IMG/VR virus record: IMGVR_UViG_3300024346_000017
Coordinates: 1-64,000 of that record
DNA length: 64,000 bases
Strand: one strand, 5' to 3'
From: a virus
Shown piece after piece: positions 29,198-37,657 of this stretch; position 1 is the stretch's first letter, and each line of letters opens with the position of its first letter. Both the position numbers and the translations under genes were made by a program. The notes beneath the pieces are model-generated. The model did not search any database and was not told where the DNA came from. It worked only from the letters and a program-made list of their open reading frames with translations.

Positions 29198-29380
29198 TTA
29201 TGCGCCTATTAGGGCTGAGTCGCTAACTGTTGTCCAACGAGTTTCCTTTGTTGGCATTTCTAGTAGCACTCGCACCGAGCCAGATGCGTTAGGAATAATC
29301 TCTTTGATTACTCCTGTCTTTTTTGACTTTAGGGTGGTGAATAAATCGCCAACCTTGTAAGTGTATCCATTTACTGTCAT
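29198..29380 (-). CDS. Small SH3/KOW-like protein
   Basis: YKVGDL...TGVIKEI...VRVLL beta pattern. Confidence 0.6.
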   Translation of the reverse strand: MTVNGYTYKVGDLFTTLKSKKTGVIKEIIPNASGSVRVLLEMPTKETRWTTVSDSALIGA

Positions 29381-29473
29381 TTTGCTTCCTTTCTGTTTAG
29401 GGTCTTATTGTAGCATTGGGGTATGACATTCGTCTAGCCCTATCTCACCATGTGAGAATGTTATTGTGTGACC

Positions 29474-29743
29474 TTAGTCACTTTCAGGTAGCCAAAACTC
29501 TAGGTGGTGTTGTTCGATAATAGCGGAGGCAGGTGCAAATTTTTCTCCACGATACGACACGCCTTCAGGCATTGCGATTAGTTTATTATAATCCTCATCA
29601 TAGTATGCATCAATAGCATCAATGCAAGGTTGTACCATAGATAGCGGAACGGGTGGATAGTGATTACCCTGTAAGTGATAGGCTAATTGTGTTTCTAAAT
29701 CTAACACGCTATCTTGAATACCTAGTGCAGTTACGCTTCCCAT
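29474..29743 (-). CDS. Hypothetical protein
   Basis: HLQGNHYPPVP...HHL. Confidence 0.75.
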   Translation of the reverse strand: MGSVTALGIQDSVLDLETQLAYHLQGNHYPPVPLSMVQPCIDAIDAYYDEDYNKLIAMPEGVSYRGEKFAPASAIIEQHHLEFWLPESD

Positions 29744-29946
29744 TAGTTAGCAACCTTTAGAATAGCGTATGAGCCATTTTTGTTAATTTCATCAAGAATT
29801 GGTTGTAAGCGAGAGCCTACCAAATCTTTTAGCATGCCTTCAAGCATTGTAATACGCATTGACTCATCAAGTGCCATTACCTGTGCAGTTATTGGGTGTC
29901 CGTCTGCAAACTCTGTTACAAACTTTAGACTATGTTCTACTATCAT
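29743..29946 (-). CDS. Hypothetical protein (likely start MIVEHS)
   Basis: AACGAAAGG RBS. Confidence 0.7.
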   Translation of the reverse strand: MIVEHSLKFVTEFADGHPITAQVMALDESMRITMLEGMLKDLVGSRLQPILDEINKNGSYAILKVAN

Positions 29947-30327
29947 TTTTTGCCTTTCGTTGGTTGGATAAGAGTATTTTAGCATACCCCACTGACATTA
30001 CCTAATCCATTCACGCATAAGTTTTGTGATAAACCTCACAAAATTCCAGGGTGATTTTGATCACACCCGTAACGACACGCCCGACCCCGCAGCTATGTGC
30101 GGGATTTTGGCAACTTGTCAAGTCGAAACGCTTTTATAAATTAGAAAAAATATAATAAACAAGAGCAAAAGGCAAGAGGGCCAATCCGATAGCAACTACT
30201 CCACCAAGTGCACCAATTAGATCATAGATCATTTTTCCCCTTGTGTTTTATTTTACGTGTGTACTTTTTTTTATTGCGAACAGGTTGCGCCGCATTGCTA
30301 CGGCGCAATTCCTGAATGCGTTTAACT

Positions 30328-30519
30328 TTATCTCGAAGAGAGGTTTGGAACATGATAACCACACGCCTCATGAAATTTATTCACGTTAAAGTTTGGATTT
30401 TCTTTTGCAAAAATTAACGCAAAATCATTAACCATTTTAGAAAAAACAGCAGGATGAGTTTTATCGCTAGCGAACTTTAGAATTTCTGCAGTTGCCTCGA
30501 AGTGCTTTCGTGTCATCAT
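30328..30519 (-). CDS. Hypothetical phage protein (MTRKHF...NPNF...KF..AC type)
   Basis: ORF. Confidence 0.7.
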   Translation of the reverse strand: MMTRKHFEATAEILKFASDKTHPAVFSKMVNDFALIFAKENPNFNVNKFHEACGYHVPNLSSR

Positions 30520-30719
30520 TTTACGGATACCATTCCTGTTCTATAAAATACCTTTGTGTACATTTTGCCAGTTGGCGTCATTATATTTACAGTTGAGAAA
30601 TCGTTAGCCATTCCCCAATCGGTGAACAAGAAAAAGTTTTCCCATGCACCAAATTCGTTTTCGTAGTCGGCAGACCAATGCGGAGCATTGCCGTCATAAG
30701 CGCAGGTTATTTTATACAT
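30516..30719 (-). CDS. Hypothetical protein
   Basis: ORF, GGAAGG RBS. Confidence 0.7.
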   Translation of the reverse strand: MYKITCAYDGNAPHWSADYENEFGAWENFFLFTDWGMANDFSTVNIMTPTGKMYTKVFYRTGMVSVK

Positions 30720-31093
30720 TATCGCCTTCCCATTCTAGCGTTACACATTCGCATTTTGTGATTTCAATTGTGTTTCCAAATTGTGAAACAGTTGCGAGAG
30801 TATCGCAATTATCACAAATGAAAACGCCTTCAAGTACATCAAATAGATTTCCCATTTACATTCCTTCTTTCGTTGTTTCGGTAATTGTAGCAGATAGCAC
30901 TGACAAGGCTTCTGCCTTGCTTGCTTGGCGTGTTGCTAATACATGCGCCTTGAATTCATCTAGGTTCATTCGAACGCTCCTTCTTCTAGTAGTCCTAATT
31001 CAATGTTGAACAATTCATCGGGTGTTGCTTCGGATAAATCTACCCAGCCAGCACCTTCGTTATCCATTCGGAAAATTTCGATGTATCCCATTA

Positions 31094-31300
31094 TTATTCA
31101 CCAACCTTTACTGCGATTGTTGCGAATTTATTTTGCAGACCGCCAGCACGAACCTCGATTAGATAGGCTTCAGTTTTTTCGCCATAGTAAATTTCTGGGC
31201 GATGTTCAGCAGAAACAATTTCGCCTGAAAAGTGGCGAGAGTTTGAGCGATAGTTTTTTCCTACAAGTAGGCTTTCGATTGTGTAGAGTTTGGTAGCCAT
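31094..31300 (-). CDS. Hypothetical protein (likely start MATKLY)
   Basis: TGTCAG promoter and AACGAAAGAAGG RBS. Confidence 0.7.
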   Translation of the reverse strand: MATKLYTIESLLVGKNYRSNSRHFSGEIVSAEHRPEIYYGEKTEAYLIEVRAGGLQNKFATIAVKVGE

Positions 31301-31589
31301 TGGCAGACCTTCTTTCGTTGTTGTTATAGTAGACATTATACACGAAAGCACTGACAAAAAATAATTACTAGCCAGTAAGTCCATGATGTGAGACGCTCAA
31401 GCCGTGTGATAGTAATCACATTTATCATGTGGACGACACGCCCGAGATCTGTGGATAACCCTGTCAAATCGACACGCCGCAAAATTCGGGGGATTTTATA
31501 ACGACTTCATAACGACACGCCCGACCCCGCACCAGTGTGGGGGTGACGCCCTGAATTGTCAAGGCGACACGCCGTTTATTTATTGTGAG

Positions 31590-31787
31590 TTACGTCTCAT
31601 CTTCTATCTCTGCTAGATAGTCCTCATGCTCTACTAGCCCAATCGCAAACGCTACGGGATCGCAACATTCTAGAATTTCGGCGGGGGTGAATGTAGAGTA
31701 GCCGATTTTTACTGTAGGATAAACATCATTAAGTAAATCTATAAAGCTTTCTTTAATTTCTAAATCTTTTTCTAATTGTGATTTCAT
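31590..31787 (-). CDS. Acidic hypothetical protein
   Basis: ORF. Confidence 0.7.
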   Translation of the reverse strand: MKSQLEKDLEIKESFIDLLNDVYPTVKIGYSTFTPAEILECCDPVAFAIGLVEHEDYLAEIEDET

Positions 31788-31893
31788 TTAGTTAATTCTC
31801 TCATTTCTTCTAGAAAGTCATGCCATACAATGCGCCCCATGTAGAGGGCGGGTACTACAAGGGCTAATTGCACTAGGGTAGTTAGTAGTCTAT

Positions 31894-32085
31894 TCATTTA
31901 GTCATCCAATCATCATCATTGTTAAAGCCGATAGGGGCTACTTGCTTATTACTCTTTATCTTATTGTATACCTTAGCACCGACAAGAATAACGGCGGTCA
32001 AGATGATAAACGCCCATGATAGGGATAGATAGATAAAGTCGCCCATGTCGAACATGAAGCCGTATTCATTTAGTTCAATAGTCAT
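31894..32085 (-). CDS. Small membrane protein
   Basis: Single TM segment, GGAG RBS. Confidence 0.65.
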   Translation of the reverse strand: MTIELNEYGFMFDMGDFIYLSLSWAFIILTAVILVGAKVYNKIKSNKQVAPIGFNNDDDWMTK

Positions 32086-32277
32086 TTACTTATCTCCGAA
32101 CATGTTAAAGACTTCGTCTAGTTGCTCATCTGTTAAGTGGTCAATCTGTATAGCCTTAGAGAAGCCTAATACATCATCTTCATCATTATCTAGTGCCTTA
32201 TTGTATTCTTCTTCTTCATCTAGGTGAATGTATGCGTCTGATACATCTGCCTGTATAGTGTCCCATTTAGTCATCAT
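32086..32277 (-). CDS. Very acidic small protein
   Basis: D/E-rich ORF. Confidence 0.65.
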   Translation of the reverse strand: MMTKWDTIQADVSDAYIHLDEEEEYNKALDNDEDDVLGFSKAIQIDHLTDEQLDEVFNMFGDK

Positions 32278-33105
32278 TAGTTCTGTTCTACCTTTCGCAT
32301 GTGTGCTACAACATTTTTAGAAACCTTTTGTAGGTCTGCTACAACCTTATTCATTTCGTCTGCGCTATTAGCGGTAAAGCCTGCGCCTAGTAGTTGAGCG
32401 CCGTCCCATAGTGAGTATGTGATTGTCATTGTCTGTTCTTCTTTCGTTAGTTGGTTATAGTTGGAATTATAGCGGATAGGTCGGACATTATCAAGACGAC
32501 ACGCCGTAGCATGTGCCCTATGCGGTGTGAGTTACCTCACACACGCACTCTATGCAATAGCAAGCCTTGCTAGAGAGTAGGTCACGCAATAGAGCCTTGC
32601 GTGTGTAGGCATTTAGTCCATAGGAGGACTTTACGCCTCCGTTATGAAACTCATGGACGATAGTGGAGTATAACTCCTCGGTTAGCATAGTCATTATTTG
32701 ACCGCCTTTCTTGAACAATTTTCTTTATGTACGAAACAAGCGTATTCGCACTCTGAGCAGATACTATCTGCAAGACGCTCACGGATTTGTGAGTAACTCT
32801 CTAGAGAGTTTCTATTTTCATGGATTGAGTTCATTTGAACTCCTTTCTTGTTAATCACCTTGATTAACTTTCTTTATACTTTAAGCATAACAGGGGGGAC
32901 TGACAAATAGAGCCATTACTGACCAGTATTAAAATAAATCTTTGTGATGCTCATCACATTCACGCTCAAGGTCATTTATCTATGTGCGGACTATGCAGAC
33001 AAAACGGACATTTCAAATACGTGTATCGTACATATTAAAAATTTATTAACATTTTATGAAATCTCAAATCGCAGTTGACTAAATTTATAATGCTATACTT
33101 TTAAC

Positions 33106-33708
33106 ATGAGAAGTAAAAAAATTCTAGTTAATGCTTCTCCAGGATCTGGAAATACTTTTTGCAAAACACTTATAGCTGAAAATCTTGGTGTTACGGTTAT
33201 TTGGCAAAATCATGAAGTAGGTGCTTTTCGAGAATGGCCAGACGCTGTATTTATATTAAGAGATCCATACGATGCAATTGCTTCTGCGTGTGAAATTATT
33301 ATTCACAATTTATCAGATAAAGATTTTGAGTATTATCAAGCCAATAAAGAATCTAGGCTAAATCATAAAATTATAGAGAACATAAGAAATTATGAACTTA
33401 TGTTAAACGCATTAGATGAATTTCCTTTAATAAAGGCAGTCACTTTTGAATTTTTAACTAATCAGCCAGAAGAATTTTTAATTTCTATTGCTAAGCGATT
33501 TGATCTTAAATTTTTGCAAGAAAGACAGCCCGCATATGAAATATTGCGGCGAATGAAAAGTCAAAGCGAGTCTAGGGCTCCTAGAGGTAAAACAGCAGAA
33601 CGTAAAGAAATAGACAGAATAGTTAGAAACAACGAAAATATGCCACTGCTATATGAAAAATATTTAAAGTTGAAGGAAATAATACAGTCAACTGAAAATT
33701 CCGTATAA
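33106..33708 (+). CDS. Sulfotransferase-like P-loop protein (paralog of 34657..35268)
   Basis: NASPGSGNTF, ILRDPYDAIAS, TFEFL. Confidence 0.68.
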   Translation: MRSKKILVNASPGSGNTFCKTLIAENLGVTVIWQNHEVGAFREWPDAVFILRDPYDAIASACEIIIHNLSDKDFEYYQANKESRLNHKIIENIRNYELMLNALDEFPLIKAVTFEFLTNQPEEFLISIAKRFDLKFLQERQPAYEILRRMKSQSESRAPRGKTAERKEIDRIVRNNENMPLLYEKYLKLKEIIQSTENSV

Positions 33709-33731
33709 TAGATTGTGATATAATTTATATT

Positions 33732-34382
33732 ATGTATGAGCAAATTAAAGATGAAAAGCTGTCAATTCCAGAAAATATTACTAATCTGGTATTAGAAGCT
33801 AAATTAAAAAATTTGCCATTTGCAGTATTAAAAGGCGGGGTCAAAAATATCTTCAGCAAAGAAGACTTTGATAAATATAATGAACATATAAAAAATGACT
33901 TCTATTCTCAAACTTACAAATCTAGGGCGGTCATAGAGGAAGAAGATTTAAAATTTTTTCCAATGTGGTATCAGATTCAAAAAGCTTTAATTAAAATTTA
34001 CGGGAACCCTACTAAACCATACAATAGTATTATGCAAACAGGTGAGTATGCAATTGACAAGGTTCACGCTAGTTTACATCGTGATAGATCTGATGTCGTA
34101 CATTTGTGTTGCTACGGTACAGTTGAATGGCTACTTGTTGATGTAGAGAAAAAAGAAGAGCATCGAATAACAATGGAGCCTGGTGATGTTCTATATATGA
34201 GAGGCTATACTTTGCACGAGACTGTGCCTTTATCTGTTAGAGGCTCTTTAGTGTTTATGAACTTGCCGCTAGAGGAATTTCCAGAAATAGACCCACAAAC
34301 TTTTAAAACTGAAGAAGATCTAGAAGAATTTAAAAGAAAACAACGACTAGAGTTTTTAGATGATCTGGAAAAAGGAATTTAA
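33732..34382 (+). CDS. JmjC/cupin-fold oxygenase
   Basis: HRD...YGTVEWLL...MEPGDVLYM..YTLHET. Confidence 0.75.
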   Translation: MYEQIKDEKLSIPENITNLVLEAKLKNLPFAVLKGGVKNIFSKEDFDKYNEHIKNDFYSQTYKSRAVIEEEDLKFFPMWYQIQKALIKIYGNPTKPYNSIMQTGEYAIDKVHASLHRDRSDVVHLCCYGTVEWLLVDVEKKEEHRITMEPGDVLYMRGYTLHETVPLSVRGSLVFMNLPLEEFPEIDPQTFKTEEDLEEFKRKQRLEFLDDLEKGI

Positions 34383-34555
34383 TATTTATTTACTATTACA
34401 GTCAACTAGAACTATGCTATAATAGATATATGAAATGTGATTTTTGCGAAAACCCAAAGTACGTGGAGCGTATTAATGCTAAAGGCGTACTAGAAAATTT
34501 TTGTACAAAATGCATCGAAAAATTAGTGGCGGGAAACCGAATACGCTAGTCCCTA

Positions 34556-34630
34556 GGGGATATAGCTTAATCTGGTTAAAGCACTTGTCTTATATACAAT
34601 AGATTCTGGGTTCAAATCCCAGTATCCCTA
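34556..34630 (+). tRNA. tRNA-Ile(UAU)
   Basis: GGGGATA/TATCCCT-A acceptor; TTGT-CTTATAT-ACAA anticodon arm; CTGGG-TTCAAAT-CCCAG. Confidence 0.85.
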
Positions 34631-34656
34631 CAAATGACGGGTAGTATAATTAAAGT

Positions 34657-35268
34657 ATGAGTAACATAGTAATTTCAGCTCCAGCAGGATCAGGTATGAC
34701 TTATGCGACACTGCTTCTTAAGCTTGCATATAATAATCAAGCAGAGGGCTGCGGGCATGAAAGATTTGAGATAGAAAATTCAGGACCTCAGATAGTAATT
34801 TTAAGAAATCCCTATGATACCGTAGCATCAGGTGCGGAAAGATGGGTAAAGGGATCTGGACATAGCAATTTTGAAATTCAAGGACAAGCAATAGATTCAA
34901 CAGATTTAGAAGGAATGAAAAATAATATTAGAAATGAAGAAGCGAGATATCTTACTTTTTTTAAAGACATAGAGTCTTTAGATCATATTAAAATTTTAAG
35001 TTTTGAGTTGTTAACACAAAATACTAAAAAATTTATTCAAGAAGCTGGTTCACATTTTGGCTACACATACGATGGTGATGAAGAATTAGAAGCTAAAACA
35101 TTTAATGAATTAAAAATACATGGATATGAAAATAGAGCACCACGTGAAAAATTTCCTGCTCGTCAAACAATTGAAGACATTATGGCAAAGAAATATAATA
35201 AAGAAACTTGGGAATCTTGGAAAATTTATTCTGAACTAAAAGCAAAACTAGACGAAAAAGGTTTATAA
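34657..35268 (+). CDS. Sulfotransferase-like P-loop protein
   Basis: SAPAGSGMTY, ILRNPYDTVAS, SFELL, NRAPR. Confidence 0.68.
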   Translation: MSNIVISAPAGSGMTYATLLLKLAYNNQAEGCGHERFEIENSGPQIVILRNPYDTVASGAERWVKGSGHSNFEIQGQAIDSTDLEGMKNNIRNEEARYLTFFKDIESLDHIKILSFELLTQNTKKFIQEAGSHFGYTYDGDEELEAKTFNELKIHGYENRAPREKFPARQTIEDIMAKKYNKETWESWKIYSELKAKLDEKGL

Positions 35269-35269
35269 A

Positions 35270-35935
35270 ATGAAAAACGTTTATATGATTAGTGATTGTC
35301 ATCTATCTAGAGCAATTGAGCACTACTATCCAGAAAAGCATGACGTGACATTTATTCCTTGGCCTAAAGCTGCTAAGAAGATGTTTGGGTTTAGTGTTGA
35401 ACAAATGCGGGAGGAAGATGAGATGTCTTCTGGAGTTGAAATTGCTAGAACTGTAGATCATAGGCCACAACCATTCTCAATTATTAAAGATGATGGTATA
35501 TTAGCTCTATGGATGGGATATGTCGACACTAGAACATTCTTGCCTCATTATAAAAATGCAGACAAGGTAGTCAAAAAATTTATCGACAATATAAAGTTAA
35601 ACTTTCCTAATTCTCGTGTTGTGATTATAGAGCCATTGCCTCAGTTTACTGAGATGCTGCTAAAGCATGAAGGAATTAGTCCTTACTACACACATGAGCA
35701 GAGAATAGATCAGAATAGAGAGTTCTTGGCTGCATTACACAAGCATGCAGGTGAAGCGGGATTCGAAATAATTATTACTCAGGAAGATATACTAGATGCA
35801 TTAGGAGTTCCTGAACTAACTCCATCCATGACACATACAGATGCTCCACATCCAGTAGATGGATTAAAGCCTGAGCATATGGCAAAGATCTGGAAGTTAT
35901 TTTCAGATAAACTTAGTATTATTGCAGTTGACTAG
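35270..35935 (+). CDS. SGNH/GDSL-hydrolase-like protein (divergent)
   Basis: YMISDCH, MGYVD, D..HP.DG patterns. Confidence 0.5.
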   Translation: MKNVYMISDCHLSRAIEHYYPEKHDVTFIPWPKAAKKMFGFSVEQMREEDEMSSGVEIARTVDHRPQPFSIIKDDGILALWMGYVDTRTFLPHYKNADKVVKKFIDNIKLNFPNSRVVIIEPLPQFTEMLLKHEGISPYYTHEQRIDQNREFLAALHKHAGEAGFEIIITQEDILDALGVPELTPSMTHTDAPHPVDGLKPEHMAKIWKLFSDKLSIIAVD

Positions 35936-36287
35936 GATATATATGAAGAAGATTTATGCAGGGATATTTCTAATTGCGACAGCAATCCTTACAGGAGCTA
36001 TGTTGTCTTCATTTTTAAAATGGGCGGGGGATAAAGAGATCTTTGATCTTGATGACGAATATGACCTATAAGAAGTGGAAAGTATATATCTATCTAATTA
36101 GATTCTCCATGACTCTTATCAGTCTATTTCTCGTCTTACTTGCTTCTGGGAAAATTTAGAATAATCACGTAAAGGCTTTTATTGGCCCCTCCCGTCCTTG
36201 GGTAGGCAAATAGCCTAGTAAAGGCTTAGAGAGCCTCTAGGGGCTTTATATGGGGTATATCAGGAAGTTGCTGCAGTTCAGATAATA

Positions 36288-36303
36288 TGTTTCACGTGGA
36301 ACA
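36288..36303. promoter_or_regulatory. Chromosomal-type parS site
   Basis: TGTTTCACGTGGAACA in non-coding DNA. Confidence 0.8.
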
Positions 36304-36366
36304 ATATATTACAGTTGACTAGAATGTTCTTCTCTCGCGGCGCACTTTTTTCGCACTATATGGCGA

Positions 36367-37215
36367 TTAATGTTCTTTAAATTCTCCCATGAATGCTTCA
36401 GAAAGCTCTTCGCCTTCTAATCCAGAAGCCTGGTACTTATTTATAAGATCTCTAGTAAATTGTGGATTTTCTTTTAGCGGTCTCATCCATGAACCAATAA
36501 ACTCTTTAAGGTCCTGAGTGTCTTTGTTTTTAATCTGCTCGTAATATTCTGGAGTCTTGTAGTTATAAAATGTTCCTGGGTTATCTTCTGCTTTTAGCAC
36601 AAAGTTTGAGAAAGCATATCTTCTTCCAGAAGTAACTGGCATTACTCCATGAGCATGTGGATTAAAAGCACCGTGTATAACAAGGTCGCCTCTTTCTGGC
36701 TTTATTGTCAGGGCATCTTCCCTTGCAACTGCATCGCTTTTATTTCCATCTTTATCAATGTTTACATAAAAAATTTCTCCGCCTTCAAAATCTCCAAAAT
36801 ATGCTACTAGGCCATAATCAAGCTCGCAGCATGTTTTCCATACATCTACCTGTGATAGTCTATGGCATTCTCCCTTTCCAGGAGAGTCGGAATGAGTAAA
36901 CATTCCCTCATTCATCTCTGGAACAATAACAAGAACATTTGCTTGTGGGTGCATTACATACTCTGGGTATAGCAATTCGCTGCCCTTTTCCCAAAGTGCA
37001 TGTAATTCCTTAAGTGGAGGGCTAACTTTGTTTGCATACCAGTTTATAAGAGTATCAGTATAGTTTCCGCTAAGATCATAATCTTTTAATGCATCTTCTA
37101 CCGTCTTGCACTCTTCGTCTGTATAAAATCCCTTGAATAGAAACACTCCGCTTGGAGTTCCATAATCATCTGGGAAAAATGATGCCCTGGTGCAATCTTC
37201 TCTGTCATAAAACAT
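36367..37215 (-). CDS. 2OG-Fe(II) oxygenase (P4H-like)
   Basis: HSD...DFEGGEIFY...HGV...R. Confidence 0.85.
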   Translation of the reverse strand: MFYDREDCTRASFFPDDYGTPSGVFLFKGFYTDEECKTVEDALKDYDLSGNYTDTLINWYANKVSPPLKELHALWEKGSELLYPEYVMHPQANVLVIVPEMNEGMFTHSDSPGKGECHRLSQVDVWKTCCELDYGLVAYFGDFEGGEIFYVNIDKDGNKSDAVAREDALTIKPERGDLVIHGAFNPHAHGVMPVTSGRRYAFSNFVLKAEDNPGTFYNYKTPEYYEQIKNKDTQDLKEFIGSWMRPLKENPQFTRDLINKYQASGLEGEELSEAFMGEFKEH

Positions 37216-37370
37216 TATTTTTTACCAACCCTCTTGAGTAGTTTTTCTAAAATTGATTCTTTTTTATGGTGTTTTTTAATTTTACAAGTTCCATCGCAGT
37301 TGTGGTTAAACTGTGGACTAGTCATAAACTTTGCAAAGTGATGTGCCATAGTAATTATATTATATCATGC

Positions 37371-37404
37371 AAAACCCCTACGGAGGCGGATCCGTAGGGG
37401 GTTT
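37371..37404 (-). terminator. Intrinsic terminator hairpin
   Basis: AAACCCCTACGGA-GGCGGA-TCCGTAGGGGGTTT. Confidence 0.8.
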
Positions 37405-37657
37405 GTGCATTTTCATGCATACGCCAGGATTGACTCAACTAGCGTAACTCTATAATAGTATATATGTTATTAAAAATCAATACTAAAATATGTTTTTCTC
37501 AAACATTTTTTCTACGACCTGAGCTAGCAAAAAGTTTACAGATGCCGAGTATTCTTCATTTTTAAGATTTGCTTCTTCTTCAGACATTCCGCTATTCATC
37601 ATAGCCATTTTGTTTGCATTTTCAAACTCGGCAACCATAAACAAAAATATTTGCTCT

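Larger units (their letters stand above)
23504..32905 (-). promoter_or_regulatory. Family of 13 repeated promoters: TGTCAGTG(-like)-N8-TAxxxT, with a TGn extended -10 in most
   Basis: Upstream octamers (+ strand CACTGACA or variant) start at 23504, 23716, 24965, 26672, 26852, 28112, 29083, 29421, 29990, 30898, 31349, 32480 and 32898; each is 8 nt from a -10 hexamer. Confidence 0.88.
25018..32958. promoter_or_regulatory. Array of CRP/GlxR-type TGTGA-N6-TCACA sites
   Basis: Perfect at 28158, 30025, 31405, 32526, 32943; one mismatch at 25018, 26889, 29467, 30050. Confidence 0.8.
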
